A stretch of DNA of 64,000 nucleotides. It comes from Vicugna vicugna. Taxonomy: Eukaryota. Made by a program: the position numbers and the translations under genes. The DNA is taken from positions 744,001 through 808,000 of the forward strand of contig MU058059.1 in NCBI GenBank assembly GCA_013265495.1, in the 5' to 3' direction. A model generated the notes under the pieces. It was not told where the DNA came from. It saw only the letters and a list, made by a program, of their open reading frames with translations, and did no database searches. Position 1 is the stretch's first letter; the number at the start of each line of letters is the position of its first letter. This document shows, piece by piece, positions 38,324-49,689 of the stretch.

Positions 38324-39152
38324 AAGTAAAATCTTCCCAGCTATACCTTAATTGTGAGGTTGTGACAAGATACAATGAGTTAATGTGTAGCAGTATATTC
38401 AGAAAATGTTCTCACACTCAAGAGAGCCCACATTGTTACTGTCTTTCCCACTTTCTTGTTACATAAACTGAAGAATTACTTAAACTGAAGTATTTAATTT
38501 TTATACCTGCTCAGGTACTAAAGTTGCTAAACTAATTACCAGATTTTTCAGAGATTCCAGTCTCTACTGTATTTTACTCAGAATAGTTGTTACCATGGAT
38601 ATATTTAAAATTCCCTCTTCTTTGTAGGTTTTTAGAGAGACCTTAAACCATGAAAATAGCCTGAGTGGCATAAATTCAGTGATTATCTCTGAACGGTTGA
38701 TTCATTTACTTGCAACGTGAAACCACATCATAAAGGAAGACTAAATAAGCAGCCAGAAGAGAAAAGAGAGGAATAAAGAGGAAGCTCCGGCAGCTGCGTT
38801 CTGTGGATTTACAGTTCTGTTCACACGGGGTAGGTGACCACAGAAAAGCAAAGCAACACGGAAGAATTTCCCTCCCCAGTTCTACCCCAGGGACGGGCAA
38901 AGCCCAGGACAAACCGCTGAGCCCGCAGAGCTGGGAGGCCCACGTGCTTCTCACTGTCTAGGAAGCCAGGGAGGTGAAGGGCGTTAAATGTGTGTTCCCA
39001 CTAATTCCTGAAGCCAGAAACTCTGTGCTGGTCTGTGACCATAACCAAGGGGAAGCCCGTCTTGATCTTATACCAAGTGAAGTTCTGTTCCCCCCTTTGA
39101 AACCCAGTAACTTTACACGGAGACAGAGAGAAGCAGGAGTTTAACAGATGCA

Positions 39153-39158
39153 TTTATT
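39153..39158 (-). terminator. Candidate distal polyadenylation signal of AKAIN1
   Basis: AATAAA on the minus strand, followed by a pyrimidine/GT-rich downstream stretch (ctcctgcttctctctgtctccgtgt), ~2.3 kb after the stop codon. Confidence 0.4.
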
Positions 39159-40942
39159 TTCACGGCTGGGTTTTCTTAGGACTCGGCCAACGTGGCGCCT
39201 ACCTCTTGCGTGCAGGGACTGATCGACTTTTTCTCCTTCCAAGAACTGACCGTGTCTCCATTTCTTTTCTTGCTGTTGACTTTCCATCTCAGAAAGATCA
39301 TGAAAGACCCTCGGCTTTCCAGATCTACTTACCTTTCCTTCCTGAGAGCAAAAGGCCACTTCTCAGCACATACCCTTTTCTGTTTAAGCCTTAGGAGCCC
39401 CCACCCCACGGCCTTCCTCAGTCAGTGACAATGGAAGCCCATTAAAGAAGCCCTTTCAGGGTCACAATAGCTAGAGGTTTGGAAAACCTTGGGACCACGT
39501 CTTGTGGTCCCATATAAAATGAGCCAAACAGCAGGGCGAAGAAAACTTTGCTTAAAATGACAGCGTATTTTGAAGCTGGATATATTTTATTTATAAACAA
39601 CATTTAGACACAGAGGTTAATCAGATATTCTCAAAGATCCCCAAGGTATTGGCACAGACACACCAGAAAGGAAAGCGAACGTGCTTACGTGTCTCTGCTG
39701 CGTAACAGCTAGCTCCAAGGCTGCTTACACCCAGACATCTCGGCAGACAGTGAGCCAGTCCCCTTGCAAACCACAAGCATTGAGTTATTTTATTTGTGGA
39801 TACTCCTGAATGCTCTCCCTTGATACCTCACTCCTATTCCCTGTAGTGTACACTTACAGCACATCAATGATGACTTCAGGTCAACTCAAACTCATTTTTC
39901 CATTGTCATGAGTATGACTATAAGTGTGAGTAAATCATATTTAAATATGAACCCCTCTGCTCCCTCCCACAGACATTCTCCCTGTGAACTCACTCCACCT
40001 TGTCGTGCCAGACAGTCTAATAGAGCTGATAGGGGACTGTTTTCATCCATCCATCCACCCACTCTGGAAAGTGTAACATATTGGAATTTTAGAAATCTAT
40101 CTTAATAGCAGTCACATTCCATACGCTGATACTTTGCTTTTAAGAAAACCATCAAATGTAGACCTTGATATGCTGAAGCCGAACGGTTTCTAACAAAGGT
40201 CAAATTCTTCCTCTGTCCCCAGTAGCACCAAGTCAAACTGTTGTGAAGCCCTGGGAACGGGACTCTAAGGACGACAGAAGGCGGTGCGTCACCCACACGC
40301 GGGCGGGGCGGGTCGTTCTGCTGCAGCAGGGATGGCTTCATTCACTGGCACACACGTTTCCAGAGCTGCATTCACATCACGGCCGCTTTACTCTTGCCAC
40401 TTTGCTTTCATGTTTCAGGGACTGGAGAAAATGATTCTTCCATTTTAAGTGTCATTCATTCCTGACGTGTATTATTTTCACAATCTCAAAAACATGGAAT
40501 TTGTGGATGGGGAAAGAGAAGTTCCTTCTGTCGAGGTGCTAGTGCAAATGCATAGCTTGGTGGCAACGCGGCAATTCGCAAGGCCCTAGAGCTCCCCTCA
40601 AGGACAGCGCACCCCCAGATCAGACCCGAGTCTGTCTCCAGGATGCAGCCCACACTTCTAGGTGTTCTTCGAGGGGCTGCTAACACTGGCAACTCATGCA
40701 TACAGATTCGTCCATCCTATTTTCATCTTGAGATGGAGAAAGAACTCCACAATATTCCCAAAGGATTTCTGCACAGAGAGTAAATACCAGCTATCAGACA
40801 GTTGGGAGAACTGAGACCGCGTTCTCGAAAAGCTGAACTCCTTCTTCTTTAAAAGTCACAGGAACACAGGCTTTGGTACGATCCTGAGGGACGAGGGCTT
40901 AGAATCTGCCTTTGCTGACTTTGACCTTGGACCTGAACCCAC

Positions 40943-40948
40943 TTTATT
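40943..40948 (-). terminator. Candidate proximal polyadenylation signal of AKAIN1
   Basis: First minus-strand AATAAA I found downstream of the stop codon (~470 nt). Confidence 0.3.
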
Positions 40949-41415
40949 ACAGCCTTCAATCCTACATTTGGGGAGGACTGAAACTCCATTCCCTTACCTT
41001 TCCAGCACATCTTTTTAAAATATTATGAGGATCACAATGCAGCACTCATATCAGCAAAAGGACTGCGGGTTAAATTCACAGAAAGAAATGCACAGAAGGC
41101 AAGCGCAAATCAAGCAGACGGAATCAGTCTCTTCTGAAAAAAGAACTTTAAAAGTGAATGTGCTGCAAAACTGCTTCTGCAGTTACAGTGTGGTGTCTGG
41201 CCCCACTACGTTTCAGAGGCGCTGCACTCATACAAACAGAACCATCTAACGCGCTTCTTCACAGCAGGGCCTCTCAGCCAGGGGCTGGTGCAAATTCACC
41301 CCACTGCTGGGTGCAGGAGACACTGGTTTGCTTTACTGCCAACGTTCTGGTGACGTGTCCTGTACTAAGAGGACGGCTGGAAACCAAGCGTGTGACAAGA
41401 GCCAGGTCCACCGTG

Positions 41416-41609
41416 CTACTTCTTTTCGTGCTTCTTGGCTAACTCCCCCACGCCCGGCTGGCGGCTGCCCCGGCCGTCGCTGGTCCTGGCCTCCCTCCGC
41501 CGAGCCTCCCGGGACACCTGGTGCACAGCCTGCAGGATGGCATTCTGCACGATCTGTCTGCTGGCGCTCTGCAGCTTCGCCTCCTCAGGCTCGCTTCCAG
41601 GCTTCTCAC
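41416..41609 (-). CDS. AKAIN1: A-kinase anchor inhibitor 1 (C18orf42), terminal coding exon
   Basis: Translation (G)[63 protein letters not shown] aligns without gaps to recalled human AKAIN1 ([40 protein letters not shown]...GVGELTKKHEKK). Pyrimidine tract and phase-1 acceptor ctag|GT GAG AAG. The 194 nt equal 2 nt + 63 codons + TAG, giving 69 aa with MVFAPG. Confidence 0.95.
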
Positions 41610-41655
41610 CTAGCCAAACACACGAGAGGGAGGGAGGTGAACAGCACAGCATCAG
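41610..41655 (-). promoter_or_regulatory. 3' splice acceptor region of the AKAIN1 intron
   Basis: Minus strand reads ctgatgctgtgctgttcacctccctccctctcgtgtgtttggctAG: branch-point-like ctgat/ttcac, pyrimidine tract, AG at 41611-41610. Confidence 0.85.
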
Positions 41656-41859
41656 TTTGGGGAACTGCGACAGGCGAGGGCAGGTAGGAAAGGAGGGGCT
41701 CGGACTATGTACGAGCCCTAGGGGGGCCCAGGTAGTAGCGGGCAGCCCTGGACAGCAGGGACCTATTGTCTCCTGTCTCCCTTTCTCGCAGAACCTCCAT
41801 TTGTTTGCCCTGCGAAGCACCACTTATATTCACATCCTCCTGGAATCCTCCGCTGGCCG

Positions 41860-42210
41860 GGGTCACGAGGCATCGTCCTGGCCAGTGAGGACTCTGGGCA
41901 AGTTTTTGGAAAGGGACTGACCGACTCAGGCCCCTCCTGCATCCTCCCCTTCTTTCTGGGCAGGATGCAGGCATGATGCCTTTAGGTGCCGCAGCCGTCT
42001 GACAATGACCCTGGAGATGAAAGCCAACATTCTGGGCATGACTGGGGAGAGAAAACAGAGCTCAGTTTTGAAAGCATCATTCAGTGTCTGCACCAGCTCA
42101 AGACCATGTACTTCTGGACTTCTCTGAAGATGAGATAAACAGACTTCTTTTTGTTTAATCTGCCATTAGTCAGATTTTATGTTACTTGCAGTCAAACATA
42201 TGCCTAAGAG
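41860..42210 (+). mobile_element. Old MaLR LTR (MLT1I/J-like)
   Basis: gatgaaagccaaca...tacttctggacttct...tgagataaac...tttgtttaatctgcc...gttacttgcagtcaaaca. Confidence 0.65.
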
Positions 42211-42332
42211 CCATAACTTCACTGGGGCTGGAGAAGGACAGATTATTACCGAATTCATACTAAGCCCAATGCTGCTCCTATAACAGCATCCCAAGGACTG
42301 AACCATTCAGTCATCAGATCTCCGATCTAGAA

Positions 42333-42555
42333 CAGGGGTTGGCGCACTTCTTCTCTGCAGGACCAGACAGGAAACATTTTAGGTTTGTGGGCTACATAAC
42401 CCCTGTAACAGCGCTTCAGCTCTGCGGTGTAATGTGAAATCAGCTAGAGACGATGTGCAAATGAATGCCATGGCTGTGGTCGGTCCAATAACTATGTTTA
42501 CAAAAAATAGGCTGCAGGCCAGATCTGGCCCACGGGCCAGAGTGTGCCACCCCTG
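42333..42555. mobile_element. MER58A-like hAT-Charlie MITE, full length
   Basis: Terminal inverted repeats caggggttggc / gccacccctg; 8-bp TSD atctagaa (42325-42332) / gtctagaa (42556-42563), the typical Charlie target. Confidence 0.9.
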
Positions 42556-43614
42556 GTCTAGAATGGTGGGATTTTTCTAATTAGAAGGCAGGCGGTCCAC
42601 TCCACCTTGATTCTTCTCCTTCTTAAAACAAGACAAAACCCTTGCTTTTACCTGGACAGCTGGGTACCTAGGTACAGCTAAGTTCTTACCAGTGAGGTGG
42701 AAGTTCTTTAGAAGGGGGCAGGAGGGTAAAGACCCTCGGCGCTCTTCCACCCCACTGCCCTTAACTCGGACACAACCGTTGTCTCCTTGGGGCTCTTGCT
42801 AACATGAGGGAACCTTTAGGTTGGAAACCATTTTCAGGGATTTGGAAGGAAAAAGTTAGAAGGAGGTTGAGAACCCAGTGACCAAGAAGCCACCATCTCA
42901 GTCCTCGGCTGCCTCACTTCAGGCCTTTCACATGTTGGAGAAAAATAATGTATCTTATTTGAGGCACTATTATTTTGAACCTTTTATTATACAGCAAAAT
43001 TATTACTAACTCACATGTGGCAGAACGACCATGAATCCAACGCTGGACTAAAGTGCAGTTGTGACGATTTTAAATGCCACCTGCTTATATTTGGAGTAAC
43101 ACACAGAATGGGCATCATTCCTTATTCAGAATCATCCCCTCCGATGTCTTCTCTAAGCAGATATGCTGATACCATAAAAATGTATTTAAAATGGGGGTGG
43201 GGGACTTCACCAGGATTGATTCATTAACAACAGAACTTACACACCCGTAAGAGAGAACATCACGTAAGAGAATATTGCATCATTCCCGAAGACCAGACGT
43301 ATCTTGTCTCTTTAGACATGTCATTGCCATTTATTCAGCATTTGTGTCACTAGAACCATCCCCTGCGGGATTTACAATCTAACGAATAAGGCAAGATGAA
43401 TCTACTCAAAACTAAAGGATAATCCACACCCCCGCCCATCCCCCCAGAAAAGCAGAGTAAAATGAGCAATCTACACCAAACCAAGCAGAGAAGGGTCAAG
43501 TCGAGAGCCACAGTGTGTGACAGACCGAAGCTTAAAAGTGGCAGAGAAGAGGACTCCAAACATTCTCTGTAGGAAGGAGTGCACTGTAACACTAAGAGAC
43601 ACCAAGGCACAGCA

Positions 43615-43830
43615 ATTAAGAATGCATGGTTCTGAAGCACCGCAGAGCTGGGTCCCGGTTCTTCCTGCCACTTACAGCCACGTGATCTCAGGCAGGTCAC
43701 TTTGCCTCTCTAAGCCTCTTTGCACATCTGTAAAGTGGGCAAGCAGTACCTATTTTAGCATGGTTGCTAGAAAATCAAGTGCTATAACCCCTACTCAGCA
43801 CTCAGGGAGGCTCCTGAGTGTTTAGTGCCC
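43615..43830 (+). mobile_element. MIR SINE
   Basis: ctgccacttacagccacgtgatctcaggcaggtcactttgcctctctaagcctctttgcacatctgtaaagtggg. Confidence 0.8.
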
Positions 43831-43849
43831 AAGTTGCGCAGGGGCTGGG

Positions 43850-44285
43850 CTGGAGCCTGGGCGGCTGTACCAGAGAAACACACGAGCAGAATGGCTCACG
43901 CCGGGAGGAACGCTGCTTGCTCTCTCCTGCAAGAGCCCAGAGGTTCTCCAGGGTGCAGGGGGCTCCGCTCCACCAGCTCGGCTCAAGAGTCCATCTCCCT
44001 CCATCTCACTGCTCTGACACTTCCCACAAATTGCCCTCCACTGCAAGAGTGGAGTTTATGAACCAATATCCCATCTGGGGCTGGAAGGTAGCCAAAGGGA
44101 AAATGGAAGGCAAGGCATTTCCTTTCAAGGAGTCCTCACAGAAGCCACAAACATCACTCTGCTCACATTTATTGGGGGAAACTGAGTCACGTGGCCACAT
44201 CTCCCCACGCAGGAGAATATGAAATATAGTTGCCAATCAGGTAGCCATACGCTCGGCTAAAACTCAGGGAGGCTCTGTTGCTCAA
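43850..44285 (-). mobile_element. Old MaLR LTR (MLT1-like), reverse
   Basis: catcactctgctcacatttattgg...agtcacgtggccacatct...gaaatatagt...gctcggctaaaactcaggg. Confidence 0.55.
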
Positions 44286-44894
44286 GTGAAGCAGCACTGA
44301 CTTCCACGCAAGGGCAAGGCCGAGCTGAAGAAGGGGAGCACACACGTGCAGCAGTCACCTCAGATGCCCAGGGAGCTCTGCCCACTAACACCACACAGCA
44401 GAAGCGCGTGGACGAACAAAAAAGCTCAGAAGGCCACGTCTGCTCCTGGAAAGAGTCTCTTAGCCAAACTCGATCTGTGTCGACTCCAGCGTCCCTGCTC
44501 TGGAGCTACTTTTCAGTCTTTGGGTGGAGGAAGGAGGAATCTAAGGATGAGAGCGAGCTGAATTCCTTAATAATAGAGCCAGAGACAAGAAAGTCTGCTC
44601 TACATTTAGCTACATTTAGTCTGCTCTACATGTCCGAGCTAAATCGTCTTCCCTTGTCCATCCATCATGAAGATAAACTGATTAAAAAGTCAGAGGCAGA
44701 CACTGTGCCAGGAGGGTCCCTTTGGTGACTCACGGGGTGGCTTTACTCTCAACTGCCCTCATTAGCACTTTGCTCTGGGTCATGAATATCTATCCAATCG
44801 GAGGGTGTGGGACAGAAAGAGTGGTAACCAGCTGGAACGGAGAAAGAGGAGGGTGAAAAAGAGGGAAAAAGTCACTCAGAGCATGTAAAGAAGC

Positions 44895-46770
44895 AAGAAA
44901 AAAAAAATTATATATGAAACCACAAGAGACCCTGCAGAGCCAAAGCAGTGCTGAGAAAGAGGAGCGAAGCAGGAGGCATCGCACTTCCTGATTCTAAGCT
45001 ATTTTATGACTCTGTATTAATCAAAACCATATGAAGGGTGCTGGCATCAAAACAGACACACAGAGACCAATGCAGCAGAATCAAGAGCCCAGCAAGAGCC
45101 CCAGGCAACGATTTAACAAGGGAGCCAGAATATTCAGTGGAGAAAAGACCGTCTCTTCAAGAAATAGTTCCGGAAAACTTGGATACTCACCTGTGAAAGA
45201 ATGAAACTAGACTCCTATCTTGCACCACTCACAAGAATTAACTCAGAATGAGTTAAAGCCTTAGATGTAAGACCTGAAACCATACAACTCCCAAAAGAAT
45301 GCAAGTGTTTGGATGTGACGCCTACAGCACACGTGGGACAACATCAAACTAAAAAGCTTCTGCTCCCCCCCAAAAATAAAAAATAAACAAAAAACCCCCC
45401 AAAAAACAAAAGATGAGGATGGGAGGATATAGCTCAGTGGTAGAGTGCATGCTTAGCATGCATGAGGTCCTGGGTTCAATCCCCAGTACTTCCATTAAAA
45501 AAATTTTTTTAAATAGATAAATAAATCAATCTAATTACTTCCCCTGCAAAAAACAAAAACACTCAAAAACAAATAAAAAGCTTCTGCACAGTAAAAGAAA
45601 TGATCAACCAAATGAAAAGGAAACCTACAGAATGGGAGAACATGTTTGCAGATCATACATACAAAAAGAGTTAATATCCAAAATATGTAAAGAACTTATA
45701 CAACTCGGTAACAGGAAAACAAGTAATCCAACTGAAATATGGGCAAAGGACCTGAACAGGCATTTTTCCGAAAAAGATATTCAAATGGCCAACAGCTCCA
45801 CAAAAAGATGCTCAACATCACTAGTCACCAGGGAAACACAAATCAAAACCACAATGGGATATCACCTCACATCTGTGAGAACGACTATCACCAAAAAGGC
45901 AGGAGATAAATGCTGGTGAGGATGTGGCAAAAAGGGGGGCCCTGGTGCACTGTTGCTGGGATTTCAAATTGGCGCAACTACTATGGAAAAATAGTATGGA
46001 GGGTTCACCAAAAATTAAAAAATGGGACTACCATATGATCCAGCAACTTTACTTCTGGGTGCATATCCGAAGGAAATGAAATCAGTATCTTGAAGAGAGA
46101 TCTGCACCCCCACACTCAATGCAGCACTATTTACAACAGCCAAGACAAGGAAACAACCTAAGTGTCCATCAACAGATGAATGCATAAAGAAGCTGTGAGA
46201 TATATACATACACACATACATATGTTCACACACACACAGGAATACTATTCAGCCATTAAAAAGGAAGGAAATCTGCCATTGTGACAACATGGATGGACCT
46301 TGAGGATATTATGCTAAGTGAAATAAGTCAGGCAATGAGAACTACTGAATGATCACCCTTATATGTAGAATCTAAAAACAAAAAAAACCCAAAAGACCAA
46401 ACTCACAGAAGAAGAGGTGGGGGGTGGAGATGAGGGAATTGGATGAAGGTGGCCAAAAAGTACAAACTCCCAGTTATAAGATAAATAAGTAGTGAGGATT
46501 TACTGTACGACATGACGACTGTAGTTAACACCCTGTGGTGTAGGTGAAAGTTGCTAAGAGAAAATTTCATAAAATGCTCATCACAAGGAAAAACCTTTTT
46601 TCTTTTTCCTTTTTCTCCCTTTTGTCCTTGTATCTGTGTGAGATGATGGATGTGAACTAAACTTACCGTGGTGATCATTTCAGTGTAGGTAAGTCAGGTC
46701 ATTATCCTATGCACCTTAAATTTTAACAGCGACGTGTGTCAAAATATCTCAATAAAACTGAAAGATAAAA
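44895..46770 (+). mobile_element. L1 (L1MA9-like) ORF2 3' part and 3' UTR, degenerate, antisense to the AKAIN1 intron
   Basis: ORF 45632..45919 is ORF2-like (LISKICKELIQL; WAKDLNRHFS; KRCSTSL; QIKTTMGYHLT); 3' UTR ttgctaagag...ctcatcacaag; AATAAA at 46751-46756. Confidence 0.9.
45421..45573 (+). mobile_element. tRNA-derived SINE (Vic-1-like) nested in the L1
   Basis: Intact A/B boxes and full tail (aaataaataaatcaatctaattacttcccc + A-rich). Confidence 0.9.
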
Positions 46771-47996
46771 AGTGACGTAGACCTCAGATACACGTTGTGC
46801 TCTGGCACGCAAGGAAAGGCACTCCCTTCTGCCACCTTTGATTTTTTTGGGGGGGACGGGGCTGTTACTACGGGGATACCTGTGTCACAGCCAGACACCA
46901 TGGGAGTGTTTGGCTGGCTCTCACATTCCAGTTCCGAAACTGGAATAATCCACTACAGCTGCGGTGACTGGATTATCTAGATCATTCTCTGCCATTAGAG
47001 AGTCTCAGCTCTCCTTTTCTCCCCGCGTCTCCGACTTCACGGCGCTTACTTACCCCTGGTTCTGCTTACCCATGACGTGCAGCGCTTTATGACTTTGCAT
47101 ACCGCCTCCTCTCTGAGAGCATTTCAGCTAAGATTCTGCCTTCAGCTGCCTGACTCTTGCCCCAGCTTCCACTGAAATTCCCAGGCGAGAACCTGAAAGA
47201 CTCACCCCCCACCATCCCTGGGATACAGCACTTCATGGCCGGCTATAGATTGAAGCCCCATGACTCATTCTGACCCATCAGCTGCTGCCGGAGAGGTTTG
47301 ATTAAAAGATGAGGACACAGCAGCTTCGGAGGAAGGAACCACTGAGGCCCCCTGAGGAGCAGGGCAAGGGGCAGGGGGTGGGGGAACAGGCAGTCAACCA
47401 ATAAACTGACCGGTGCTCCTTGGCCTCCGCGGGAAAGGATACAGTATTTGAGAACATCCCCATGGAGACCCTTAATACAAGTACAGTGTGAAGAAGTGCC
47501 TGACAAAGCGGCAGAAGGCACAGCCAGCCACGGAAATTCTCAGTCCTGCCATTTACTTACATGCATTACATTGACTTGAAATTAATGAATCACCTACATG
47601 TTGTAGGTGGCCAACTGCCTAGTGATAAATGATGCAAATGTCCTCTAGCCTAATTAGCATTTACAAAATCCTTCTGGTATTTCACAAAAGGTGAATCAAA
47701 TGACTGAATTAGCTTTACACTCGAAATGCCCATTTTGAATACGCTGAAGTCAGGAATGGGATGGAAGTAAGTTTGTCCTCAGTGTCTTTCCACCTCTCAT
47801 TTTAACCCACTTCCGTACACACTCTCACGCATCCCTGTGGTCACGCTTCCCTGAGAACCCCGTCCACTGGTGGGGCCAGCCTTCCAAGGCTGCCCTGAGC
47901 TCTCCGTCCACCTCCCTCCCCTCAGAGCCTGCTGTTCCAGCCGCCCCCTCGGAAGGTATCTGAGGACCTCAACTGCAATGTGGTTAGTAACGGGTC

Positions 47997-48080
47997 TTTT
48001 TTAAAGATGGTACTGGGGAGTTGAACCCAGGATCTCATGCATGCTAAGCAAGCACTCTACCACTGAGCTAAACCCACCCC
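47997..48080 (-). mobile_element. tRNA-derived SINE, short form
   Basis: Reverse complement reads ggggtgggtttagctcagtggtagagtgcttgcttagcatgcatgagatcctgggttcaactccccagtacc plus A tail. Confidence 0.85.
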
Positions 48081-49248
48081 TCAATATCTGCCCTTAATTT
48101 CTTTTTTATATCCATTAAAATCGTGCTTCTAATGACTATAGGAAAAGTCTCCTGATAAAGATGTACTGTTTTTCCCCTACCAACCTAAGTGTCATTTACC
48201 TTGATGACATTAACCCTTTCATATCCCACTGAGTGGAATTTAGGAAAGGTCAGTGTTCCCATTTTAAGGCGGAATCTGATGACTGATTTTTCCCTGGATC
48301 GCACAGAGCGCGTGGCAAAGGTGGAATCCTATGCAGTGTCTGTCGGCGGCCTCTCCCCACTGGGTCACTGACATGCAGAGCACAGATGTCCCCATGAGGG
48401 CCGCACAGGGCCCCGCCGCCTCCACGGTCTGCCCATGCTCTGTCTCCAGTGCACAGCGCTGCTGCTGGTGATGGTGGGGCCTGTTTTATCCACCCTCCTC
48501 TGACTGCTGGAGACTGGAAACACATTATTACCACTCATCAGTGAACAGAGAACAGGCGCCAACTCCAGGCCCTTTATTACTGGGGTGATGGTCTATTCTC
48601 CAGCTCTGCAGCCACAGGAACTTTCCACGAAGGACCGGATGTCTGCTCTCACTCATCTATGCCGACCGCCCGGGAGGCTCTCCTGGCTGCCCTGCTTTCC
48701 ACTGAGCGAGCTGAAGGCACCTGACTTCCCAGGGGTTTCCAAAAGGTAGGCTTGAGATTCAGAAGGCAAAACAGGGACAGCAGGTGGAGGGCACTTTGAA
48801 GTCATATTTGCATGGTGCCCTCCTAGTCCCAACACCGCCACCTATCCAGTCAGGCGCCGGGCGGGAAGCAGCTCCTGCCTCTGCCCACAAGAGCCAGGGC
48901 TATCGTTTCAGAATGTGGCGAGTTACTCCAATAAACCTTACAGAGTTCTTTATTAAACTGTCCTGTAGAACAAAGCGAGATGAGTCAGAAAGATTTTTAT
49001 TGATCATCTACATGCCGGGTAACGTAGGCCACTAATAACATAATAACCGGAAGACAGCCTGGGTGGCTGGGTGCCTGCTGAGGGAGGGGGAGACAGGAGA
49101 TGCGGGGAAGGCGGGCCAGCCCAGATGCACGGGTCCTGGGGGGCTGGGCGGCGTCTCTGCCAGGCGGGGCAACTGGGAAGTGTGAGGAGTGACTAACCAA
49201 GGTGGGAAAAGGAGGGGTTTGCAGCAGGTCTTAAGACAGGTGGAATTT

Positions 49249-49400
49249 TTTTTGCTGTTTGTTTTTTGTGGATAATTAATTTTGTGGGGGGAGGTAATTA
49301 GGCTTTTATTTATTTATTTATTTTAATGGAGGTGCTGGGAATTGAACCCAGGACCCCATGTATGCTAAGCACCCACTCTACCACTGAGCTATACCCTCCC
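49249..49400 (-). mobile_element. tRNA-derived SINE (Vic-1-like) with TSD
   Basis: Reverse A/B boxes and tail; 14-bp TSD gacaggt(g/a)gaattt at 49235-49248 and 49401-49414. Confidence 0.9.
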
Positions 49401-49689
49401 GACAGGTAGAATTTGGAAAGGCCGACAAGGGAAAAAAAGGGAATTCTTTCCTTGGCCTCTGCAGGCTGCAAAGCCAGGTGACGCACTGACTCACCGTGTC
49501 CTAGAAAGCTTTGACCTTGAAGAGCTACTTCATTATTTTAGGACATAATTTAACTTGTACAATATGACTGGGCTTCAATACGTTATTTTTAGGAAAGCCA
49601 TGAGGAATTGTGCCAATAAAAGTTGAAGAGGAAAAGACAACTTTAATCTAGAAATCAAATTTGAGTATCTTGGCCCAGAAGAGCCAAGG

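Noticed and set aside
41653..41823. N-terminal extension of track ORF 41416..41823 from its GTG start
   Set aside because: Lies upstream of a good splice acceptor, starts at GTG and has no similarity to AKAIN1; treated as intron.
41435..41920. 161-aa plus-strand ORF overlapping AKAIN1
   Set aside because: Antisense shadow of a GC-rich coding exon; no recognisable homology.
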